This document shows, in pieces, positions 13,744 to 24,238 of a stretch of 29,071 bases of DNA. The notes under the pieces are model-generated. The model made no database searches. It was not told the DNA's origin and saw only the letters and a list, made by a program, of their open reading frames with translations. The first letter of the stretch is position 1. Every line of letters starts with the position of its first letter. The stretch comes from Paecilomyces variotii (Eukaryota): the NCBI GenBank assembly GCA_004022145.1, contig RCNU01000002.1. One strand, written 5' to 3'. A program made the position numbers and the translations under genes.

Positions 13744-14849
13744 ATGGGTCACACCGAAGAAAAGAACGCCGCCGCAAACGATAACAGACCAAAACACCGA
13801 TATTCGCCACCCCGGATCTGCCTATCCCATCTTAAATTCCGTCGTGACTGGCGCGAGAAACTCCCTCGCAGCGTGTCCCGCTTTACAGGTTACCGTCCTT
13901 TGGACGAGAACCCTCCATACCCACCCCTCCCCTTCCCGCCGTTCACATGGCTGGCGAAACTCCCCCTCTGCTACGAAACATGGCTCCTAGCCTGGATTGG
14001 CGCCTTCATCGGCATCCTCCTCATCGAAGCCATAATGTCCACCAGCACCGCTTTCCGCGACGTCTACCACGCCCCGACGATAATCACCTCCTTCGGCGCG
14101 TCTGCCGTGCTCCTCTTCGGCGTGATCGAGTCCCCCGTGGCGCAGCCACGCAATTTCGTCCTGGGTCATTTCCTCTCCGCGCTGGTGGGGACGGCGATCA
14201 CGAGGCTGTTTGTGCTTAATGGAAGCTATCATGGGTATTTGGATAACGTGGCTTTCCATCCGTCGACGTTTATTAATGGAGGTGTGTCGATGGCGACCTC
14301 CTTATTGGTCATGCTTATTACGGGAACGGCGCATCCGCCGTATGTCCTTTGTGTTTTCCTTTTTCTCTTTTTCCTCTATGTCGAATTCACATTCATGGGA
14401 TCGGAAAAGAAAGTAGACTAATAGAACGCAGAGCCGGCGCAACAGGCCTCAACGCCGCGGTCCAATCCCAGATCGTCACTCTATCCTGGCGCTACCTCCC
14501 GACGGTCCTTGCTTCATCGCTAATCATGCTCGGATGGGCTCTGGTTATCAATAATGTCGGGCGACGCCGGTACCCTCTGCACTGGTGGGCTCCAGGACCG
14601 GTATTCGTTATTCCGCCGGAAGAGCAGCCGGACGCGCAACTCGGCGCGCAGGAGGAAGCGCAAGAGGAAGTGGATATTCAGAGGGAAGTTACGGAGGAGG
14701 GGAGTTTGAGGGCTGAGAGTGACCCGTCGGAGACAATTACTATGGAGCGTGACGGGCGAAGGGAGGGGAGTGTGTATTCGGAGCGGAGGGCGAGTTTACA
14801 TGAGCAGAGAAGAGGGAGTGTGGGGAGTGCAGCGGATGGGATGGTTTGA
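13744..14849 (+). CDS. HPP family integral membrane protein, 337 aa; exons 13744-14339 and 14432-14849
   Basis: Family motifs SFGASAVLLFG..ESPVAQPRN..GH and, after splicing, HPPAGATGL; several hydrophobic helices; splicing joins ORFs 13744-14421 and 14349-14849 in frame (1014 nt with stop). Confidence 0.95.
14340..14431 (+). other. 92-bp intron of the HPP gene
   Basis: Donor GTATGT, pyrimidine tract, branch-like GACTAAT at 14416-14422, acceptor CAG; removal restores H-P-P-A-G-A. Confidence 0.93.
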
Positions 14850-15241
14850 GTTTCCATTTTGATTTAAGGATTAGATATTGGATATTGACTTGTGGACTTG
14901 GTCTGGAGAGAGAGAAATTGGAGAAGTGGTCTCTTACGTATGTTGTTCTATGTGAATAATGTTTGTTGAATACAGAGTTGTCGGATAGATAAGTTTGTAG
15001 TATATATGTCTGTTTGTATGACGGTAGGGTCATATAAGCTATACCCACTCTTTTCTTTATGAATCTACCCATTTGTATAAATACTTAGATATGGTCTTCG
15101 GATACAGGCTAGTTTCTTGGCTGTTGCCAATATAGATCAATAGAGTCTCCGTAATCCAAACAATTCACATATACTCAACACCCGATAAAAGCAACCGATA
15201 AACACTAGAATTAACTATAATGGACCCGCATATGCCCCTGG

Positions 15242-15780
15242 TCAACTCTCCGAATGAACCTCTTCTTCTGTGTCCGCCGTCCTCTCTTCCCTTCTTTTCT
15301 TCTTCGCCCACTTCTTCACGGACTCGATCATACTCCTCACATAATGTGTCTCTGGCTGCCCTCTTCTCAATCCAACCGTCGTACCCGGTCGCGTAATCGG
15401 TAACGAAGACTGCGAATACATTATCCGCGGCCCTCGGAGATGATAGAACCTCTCCCGACATAACGGACAACTAGCATCCCTGTTGCATAACCAGTCATCG
15501 ATGCAGGGCAAGTGGAATATATGGCTGCAGCGAAGTTGGCGGTAGGACGACGACGGAGATGTTTTGTCCAGGCGTTCGAAGCAGAGTATGCAGACTTCGG
15601 GCAGGGAGTCTGTGCGGAGTTAATATTCTTATTTATTTCTCTTTACATGAGAACTGATAACATACCAGGATCAGAGAAAGATGAGCCAGAGAAGGCCGAC
15701 ATCCCCGCAACGTAGAGGTCACGGAGATTCAGCGTCCCCTGCTCCGATGGAGACGGGACGTATAGATAATAGTGTGGCAT
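15242..15780 (-). CDS. small RING-H2 (C3H2C3) zinc finger protein, putative E3 ubiquitin ligase, 160 aa; exons 15780-15666 and 15609-15242
   Basis: Spliced product MPHYYLYVPSPSEQGTLNLRDLYVAGMSAFSGSSFSDPDSLPEV-CILC-x17-CSHIFHLPC-IDDWLCNRDAS-CPLC-RERF...; all 8 ligands plus the conserved Trp; ATG in ACA-ATG context; 483 nt with stop. The ORF track caught only the C-terminal part. Confidence 0.9.
15610..15665 (-). other. 56-bp intron of the RING-H2 gene
   Basis: Minus-strand donor GTATGT at 15665, branch-like TATTAAC, acceptor CAG at 15612-15610; frame preserved. Confidence 0.85.
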
Positions 15781-17699
15781 TGTTATCTTGCAAGTATTGG
15801 AGTTAGTGATAGTTATTATGTAAGGGAAGATATGGTTAGTGATAAAGCCTCTGTAAGAAGTGCCGATATGACCTAGCTGAGCTGGATGGAGAAAGAAGCA
15901 TTATATCCGTTCTATATGTCTAGCAAGTGTATCTATAGCCCCAAAGCCGGACGGTCCGTGCTGTACTGCCAAGTATCAGTTCTGTTATGTCACATTGCTG
16001 TTTTTATTTGCTCTACGCTTCAATGGACGCAAAAGGTTCTAAATCACGAGCGTATCTAGGTGGGCGGGATCGGGTCTGTACGCAACTTTCGCAGATCCTG
16101 CGCCGAGGGCTGGAGTGCAGGCGGTATTAGAACCGAAGGTTGGCGTTCGAAGATTACATAACGAGACGAAGAAAATAAAAGAAAAGAAAGATCTTAAAAT
16201 TCGATTTTCAGGGCTCTGGATCAGTGTAATCCGGTTCTTGTGACCGAATCCTAGAAAGAGATGACCGTGCCAGTGCTTAAACCTTGACCGGGATAGCAGA
16301 TAGTGATATGTTCAACAAGCATTCCCGTATGAGCTCCATGGCGATCATCCCCTGATGCGCCAGATATTTTACGCCTATTGCTTTCTTGGGATTCGAGTGC
16401 AAGCGCTGGGATACCGGCAAAACCGGCAAAACCGGGAAGCCGGAAATTGTGAAGTTTTTCAAACTAGACAGACAATCTCATAAAATAGTACATGATTAGC
16501 AGAATGATTCTTGAATGAGTATCATTACAGAGGAACCCATTCTATCTATTAGGCCCTGCAGACACGCTGTTACGCATCTACCGTTCAAGTTAGTATACTA
16601 TAGATTACCGAGAGCAAGAAGGTCCAGTTTAATAAATCAATCTAGAGAAAAGAGAAGGATGCAGACTTCCTCTTAATATCGTTCCAATTATAACTCTAGG
16701 CATTCTTATCATTCGACAGTCCTCCTAAGTCTATAAGATTCTGTAGGGCTAATGCGAAGCCGGCTAAATCTACAGAACATCAATCGCAATGTAGATCTCT
16801 ATACAGACGAAGAAGCCTACTTCGGCTAGTATTCCCGCGTGTTAGAGTAGCGGGGCGTAGCGATACTAATGCCGGTAGAGAAGTATTAAAGGAAGCGGTA
16901 AGAAGCTTGCTTAATTACTAACTAGGAAGCTAGTAAGTCTTATATAGAATCTCCTAGTTATATAATTACTAGTATAAAGGGGCGCTTAATATAAATTACT
17001 AGAGGAGGGTTTTAATATCTTCCCTTATATTAAATATTAGAGAAATATTAAAAACTAGCTAAAAGTCTAAATATAAATAATAACTAAAAAATAAATAGTT
17101 TAAATAATTAAATAAATAGTAATTTAGAGATATTAAGTAATTATAGTTAAGCTAAGCTATTTAAGCTAAATTTTAAATTTTAATATAAAAAGCCTTTTAA
17201 TAAAGCTATTAGTTAAATTATTAACTAAGTTAATATACTTTATATTAATTATATCTTAAGCTAATATATTATAAATATAGTAAAAGTATATATTAATATA
17301 TTTAAAGCGCTTAGTTTTAAAGAGTAATTTAATTAAATTTTAAGTTTTATTATTATTAATATTTAGAATAATAAGACTTTTATTTTATATAATATCTACT
17401 AGTAAAGAAAACCTAACTTTACTTAATTATATAATAATATTCTATAGAGCTAATCTTTATAAGTCTAATAAAGTTAGTATTATAGATTATATTAGTTTAA
17501 TTAAATTTTAAATTACTTATATTATTAAGGTAATATTTAATATTAAAATTAAGTATTTTTAAATAAAAATAGCAGAAATAGATTACTTAAGTATAATATT
17601 AATTTTTAGCCTTAAAACTAAATCTATTTAGATTATTATCCTTAAAATTAAACTCTTTTAAATCTTTAATATTAAGAGCTTATAATTAACTTTTAATTA

Positions 17700-17855
17700 A
17701 CTATTATAGCAGTTTTTATTATTAAGTGCTTAATTATTTATTTATTATTATTAATTACTATAATAGTTTTTATTATAGTTATTTACTTACTATTATTAAC
17801 TATTATAATAGTTTTAATTATAATTATTTACTTACTTACTATTACTAACTATAGT
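17700..17855. repeat. degenerate tandem repeat, about 45-55 bp period, 3 copies
   Basis: TATAATAGTTTT(T/A)ATTATA(G/A)TTATTTACTTAC at 17759 and 17804, weaker copy at 17704. Confidence 0.6.
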
Positions 17856-17968
17856 AAACTATATTAGAGATTTTATATTAAGAAAATCTTTAGGCAATTT
17901 TACTAAAATAAAATTAAGACCTTAGAATATATAGGTAATATATAGAAATATATATTCTATTTACTATA

Positions 17969-18066
17969 TAAGCTAATATTCTTTCTCTCTAAGTATTATA
18001 CTTATAGTGCTAATATAATAAGCTATTATTCTTTCTCTAAGTATTATATTTATAGTATTAATATAG
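17969..18066. repeat. tandem duplication of about 50 bp
   Basis: TAAGCTAATATTCTTTCTCTCTAAGTATTATACTTATAGTGCTAATATAA followed by a 48-bp near copy. Confidence 0.85.
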
Positions 18067-21000
18067 TAGTCTAGGGAATTTAATCTTTTTAAATATTAGT
18101 TTATTTTTTTAATAAACTAAATACTATAATAAATATTAAATATTAATAAAACTAGTTAATCTAGTTTAATTATTATAGTAGCTAGACCTATTACTTATAT
18201 TAAAGAAGAGAATTTTCTTTTAATAAAAAGAGAAAAACTTTACTTTAATAAAAAGAAAAATAATAAAATAAGCAAATTAGTAATATAGATATAATAATAT
18301 CTGCTAATCTAAAGGATATAATATATCTATATATATATATTTATTAAACTGTCTCTAGATTATTACTAGAGATCTCTTAATATTAATATATCTTTACTTA
18401 TTTAAACTAGAGATATTCTAGAAACTCTATTTATATTCTATAGCTAGTAATAATCTCTATTAATATATTAATATAGATAACTATTTTTATATTATAATTT
18501 ATTCTTCTTTAAATTAATATATTTCTTTAAGGCGCGCTTACTTAATATAGCTATAATAAAGCTATATAATATAAAATATATAAAAAGAAAGTAATTTTCT
18601 CTAAGTAATAAGGTAAGTAATTAAAAAAAATAAATTTAAATTAAATTCTTTTAATTATTATATTAGTATAATATTAAAAAGAAAGAATATTAACTCTTAT
18701 AAGGCCTTAATTTTATTAAAGACTAGCTTAGCATAAGTCTAGTACTTTATTTTTAATAAGGTATAAATATATCTATTAAATATTTATTATCTTAGTCCTT
18801 AAGATAGAGAAAGAAATTTTTATAAATATTATTAAGTAATTAATTAACTATAGCTTTAGAGAGTTAAGTAACTTTATATATATCTTTTTATTAGTCTTAA
18901 TTGTTATTTTATAATATAAGCTTTTATTTTCTTTTAGTAAAATTATAGTATTATTTTAATATAAAATAGTAGATAAAGTTCTATAAAGCTCTTATTTTAT
19001 TTATCTTTTATATAATAAGCTATACCTAGTTTAAAAATATTAGCTTTTAGCTTAGAGCTTTAATAGAAGTATTTTATTTTAATAAAATTTATTTTAGTCT
19101 TTATTTACTTCTTTTTTCTATTAAGTAAGTAATATGCAGAAGCGTATTATCCGGTTTAATAAGTAAGGTCTTATAGTTATATAAGGGCTTACTATATTAA
19201 TAATATGCCTACTGCTATTTATCTCTACTACTTAATTAATTAAGAACTGCTATTAATATACCTTAGATAAAATAATAGGGTTAAGATTAGGTAAGCTAGA
19301 GAATATCTTATAGAAAGAAATTTACTTATCTTTATTTAAATTCTCCTCTAGTATTAATTATAATAATTATACTTATTAGTATAAATAAGTATAGTTAAGA
19401 TAAGCGATAAGAAGTAATTAATATAGTTTATAAATAGAATAATAGTTTATAATTTTTATAGATAAATTTACTAGGCTAGAATCTTATTATAAAATAGCCT
19501 TTATGCCGATTATTTATTTTATTAATATATTTCTCTATTAAGCAAATATATAGAAGGATCTTATTTAAGAAATCTCTTATAAGGTTAGTCTTTTTATTTA
19601 TACCTCTATTATAATTTGTAATTATAAGCAATTTCTCTTATATTAATAAATATTAAACCTATTATTAATATAGTAATCTAGATATTTTCTATAATTATAA
19701 TTGCGTACTTTTATTTCTTTAAAATAATTTAGCTTAGCTTTCTATAGTAATAGGCTTAAAATAAAAAGCTTATCTTATTACTTATAGCGTAAAAGGCAAT
19801 TATAATTATTAATTATTTTAGCTATTATATAGTTACTAGTAATTAATATATATTACTATATTATATTCTATATTATATTAATTCCTAAGATTATTTATAT
19901 TATTATTATTAGCTTTATATAAATCTAGATATTTTTTTACTTATCTAATAGACTTTAGTATTAAATAAATAGCCTCTTATTAGGGATTTAAATAAGCCTT
20001 AATTAATATATTTTAAGGCATTAATTATTTATTATAGTAAGTATATAGCTTAATATATCTATTAATAAATTACTATAGAATAATTTATTAAACTTATATT
20101 AAGAAATTCTTTTTATTATAAACTTAATATTATAATATAAGTAGTAATCTTTTTTAATTATTTTTATACTATCTATATATATAACTATATTATATAATAT
20201 TTATAGCAGTAAATAAAGGAATATAGTTATAGTATTTATATTGCGACTATATAAAAGATTATTAATAATTATAAAAAGGACCTATAGCTATTAATATAAT
20301 AGACCTACTTAAAGATATATTCTATTTATATATATAATTATATTAATTCTAAGCGTTAAAATCTAGATTAAGTGCTAAATACTAAATATTAAATTCTCCT
20401 ATTTAATTTTATAGAGATTCTTTAAAAGATAGCTAATAAGCTTAAATTTATATATTCTATAGATTCTCTTATCTTCTTTTAATTAGACTAGTTCTAGTAC
20501 TTCTACAGTATAATAGTATATATTAAATATATTATTAGACTAGCGGCTAAGCTAAAGACTATTATTTATTTTCTCTTTATAATTATTTAAAAAAGCTATA
20601 TTTAGATATTCTCTAGTTAGCTAAGCAGTAGTATATTTTATATAAATAATTTTAAAAAGCTATATAAAATATAGTCGCCTATAGTAATACTTTATAAAAG
20701 TTCTATAGTTTAGCTATAAGTCTATACCTTCTTATAAATAAGTATACCTAAATAGATTATATCTATATTTAATAAATATATTATAGAATATAATTAGAAT
20801 AATAATTATAACTTTACTAATTACTTTTAATATATTTAAGAGATTTTAACCTTTAATCTTAAATAGAAGAAATACTAACTTACTATTATTTATACTATTA
20901 TTCTTATATATTATACTATTTAATTAAAGACTAGTAAATATAAGGAACTAAAGGTAAGCGGGAGGTTTATAAAGATTTAAATTAAAAAAAAGCTATAAGT

Positions 21001-21711
21001 AAAAGATTCTTTCTAATAAGCAGTTATTTTTATTATTTATTTAATATAGAAAATTTTTCCTAAATATTATAAACTAGAATAAATACTATAATTATAATAT
21101 AATTAGGTCGATTTTAATAATAGACTTAGTTAATTCCTGCTCTTTTATACTATCTTTCTCTTATTAATTAATCTTAATACTATAAAGGTTATTAAAAAGT
21201 AAAACTAAATATTTTTATTTAATTAAGATAGCTAAAGGTATATAGTAATTAAGCTAAACTATATCTTTATAAATTAAGAGCTTACTTATTCTCTTCCTAT
21301 AAACTATATATTATATTTAAAATACTATAATAGGAATTATAGTATTAAATTCTTAAAATATTTACTCTAGATATAATATAAATAAAAGATATAGTTTAGT
21401 TAAATTAGTTTAAATTATTATAGAATTTAAATATATAATAGTATAGTTATATTTTACCTTATTAGATTTATTTAATTCTTATTAGTAAATATATAATTTT
21501 ATTATAATAAGTTTTTAATAATAAGATAATAAGAATATAATACTTTTTTAATTTAAGAATAAGTTATTATTTAAATAAGATCTTAAATTTCTCTTATAAG
21601 GGAATAAGTTATTATTTATATAAAAAGTATAAAGCTATTTATTATTATTTAATATTATTAATTTAAGATTTATTTTTTAAAGACTAATATTTATAATTAT
21701 AATAATTATAA

Positions 21712-22560
21712 AATTATTACTTATATTACTAATAATATAAAGGTTAAGGCTAATTATAATAAGTTTTATCTTTATACTACTATATTAATTGCTTAAAATA
21801 CTGCTTTATAACTATTACTTATATTATTAATAATATAATCTAATAAGTCTTATTCTTATATTACTATATTAACTGCTTAAGATATTATTTTATAACTATT
21901 ACTTATATTACTAATAGTATAATTTAATAAGTCTTATCTCTATACTATTATATTAGCTGCTTAAAATATTACTTCGCGATTATTACCTATATTACTAATT
22001 ATATAACTTAATAAGTTCTATTCTTATACTACTATATTAACTGCTTAAGATATTATTACTTTATAATATATTATTAATTATTTTATATTAACTGCTTAAA
22101 ATATTACTTTATAACTATTACTCTATTATTAATAATATAAAGGTTAAGGCTAATTATAATAAGTTCTATTTATATACTGCTATATTAGCTGTTTAAGATA
22201 TTATTCTATAACTATTACTCTATTATTAATAGTATAAAGGTTAAAATTAATTATAATAAGTTCTATTTCTATGCTATTATATTAGCTGCTTAAGATATTA
22301 TTACTCTGCAGTATATTACTAATTACTTTATACTAGCTGCTTAAAATATTATTACTTTATAGTATATTACTAATTACTTTATATTAACTGCTTAAAATAT
22401 TACTCTATAACTATTACCTATATTATTAATTATATAACTTAATAAGTCTTATTCTTATACTATTATATTAATTACTTAAGATATTATTACTTTATAATAT
22501 ATTATTAATTACTTTATACTAGCTGCTTAAAATATTACTACTTTATAGTATATTACTAAT
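21712..22560. repeat. modular minisatellite, left part
   Basis: Core ~TATATTAGCTGCTTAAGATATTA recurs at 21787, 21871, 21955, 22039, 22090, 22187, 22284, 22335, 22386, 22470, 22521 (periods 84, 51, 97). Confidence 0.92.
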
Positions 22561-22815
22561 TATTATAGTGCTAGTATAAGAGATAGAGATTTACCGGCTA
22601 ATGCTTATATAAGGTATTATATAACTTTATAAAGATATTTTTAGCATATAGCTTAATCTAAATTTAAGCTCTTTAAGCTATATCTTATTTACTGAGCCTA
22701 TTTGTAATAGCCTATTTTAGTCTAAATTAGCTAAATAGAGATCCTGTAGCTAGTCCTAATATTAACTTCTTTATTTTACTTATTCTAACCCGCTTCTTAA
22801 GCCTATATTTTAATA
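22561..22815 (+). repeat. 5' LTR of family A copy 2
   Basis: Ungapped match to 28252-28506; TATA-like TATATAA near 22606. Confidence 0.96.
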
Positions 22816-22852
22816 CTATATAGCTTCTATTTAAGAGTTAATATTATTAATA

Positions 22853-24238
22853 ATATTTACCCTAATTCTCCTGTTCCTATTAATAACTCTAAAAGAGTTT
22901 ATTAAATATATTATTACTAGCTATAGGCTAAAATAATATAATTACTATCGCCTAGCATATAAATATATTAATAAAGCCGAGACTACTATAAATAAGATAA
23001 ATTATTAAGCTAAAGTATGCTTCTAAGAGTTTTAGCAAGAATTTACTACTATTTAATAGAGACTTAAATAAGAAGTTATTGAATTTAAGGCTGTCTAATA
23101 ATATTAGAAGATTTAGCTTTAAGAAAAAGAATAGTAATATATTTAAACTATCCTTAAAAGAGATTAGGCCTACTATATAATTATACCTACTATAAATATA
23201 CTTCTATTTATATTTAAACCTAAGCCTAATATTAAAAGGCTTATAGCTGCTTTAATAAGAATATTTAAAATATTTATTATTGCACTTTCTTCTACTCTTA
23301 GACTTTTAGAAAGACTCTCTAACCCTAATAAGTTTAAAGGTAACTAAAAGGATCTTTAGTGCTTTATAGCCTAGATTTAAGGAAAGATAATAATTAACTA
23401 AGACTAATTCCTAACCCCTTAGAGTTATATAGCCTATATAATTAATTGCTTAAAGGATACGCCTTATACCTAAATATTATTATATATTAGAGATAGAACT
23501 TATATTCTTAACAATTACTAAAAGATTTTAAATATCTTAAAGCATATATTTAGTAATCTTAATTATATAAATAATATATATAATAAATTATTTAACCTCT
23601 ATTAAACTAATAAGGAATTTAGAATCTTTTTTACTAAGTTTTAATACTTAGCGCTAGAAGGAGAAATATTTAAAAAAATATTATCTACCTTACTTAAGCA
23701 GGCTATTAGCTAAGAATTTTAAAGAATATTATTATATAGCTAGCCCTTAAGTTATAAATATTATTAATTTGCTAAATTCTTATAAGACTTTAAGAACTAT
23801 TATTATTAGTATATTATAAACTAGCTCTTTATTATAAAGACTTATACTATTATTTTAAAACCTATTTAGTATATTTAATCTCCCTTATTTATTTTAAATC
23901 TTACCTTAGCTATAAGATATAATAGCTAGCTCTAGAGAAGTCCTATATAGAAAAATAAACTAGCCTTAATATAGCTATATAATCTAATAAACTTAAATAT
24001 TTCTAGATGCTTAAGTAAAAGAGAGTATAGTCTATTATATTATAAGACTAGCGCCTGCTTTTAATATAGCTCTCTAAAATATTATATTAAAGATTATTTA
24101 TATTTAAATAACTGCTAGAAGATTTAGACTATAATTATATATAAATCTTGCTTTTAGATTCCCTAGGCAATTTAATTCCTAAACTTATATAGTTTATCTC
24201 TTAACTAGTCTTTAATAAAAAGAGTAAGCCTAAAGTAA
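22853..24238 (+). pseudogene. gag: family A gag relic
   Basis: Start ATA (from ATG) at 22853 is in frame with a CX2CX4HX4C relic at 24056-24097 (CF*YSSLKYYIKDY = CFxCGSPEHHVKDC); probable original stop at 24236-24238. Confidence 0.8.

Noticed and set aside
13909..13923. PY motif for Rsp5/HulA in the HPP N-terminus (NPPYP)
   Set aside because: Does not fit PPxY or LPxY.
14349..14849. Separate 166-aa gene
   Set aside because: Its ATG lies inside the intron; it is exon 2 of the HPP gene.
13947..15072. ORFs 13947-14219, 13987-14259, 14210-14416 and 14740-15072
   Set aside because: Alternative-frame or antisense shadows of the HPP gene and its 3' region with no domain features.
15165..15715. 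ORFs 15165-15470 (-) and 15512-15715 (+)
   Set aside because: Shadows of the RING-H2 gene.
16277..16462. 61-aa minus-strand ORF with PVLPVLPV
   Set aside because: Non-ATG start; the peptide repeat merely reflects the 9-bp DNA repeat.
21712..22560. CRISPR-like array (constant core with variable spacers)
   Set aside because: Linkers fall into three recurring types rather than unique spacers; eukaryotic context; no cas genes.
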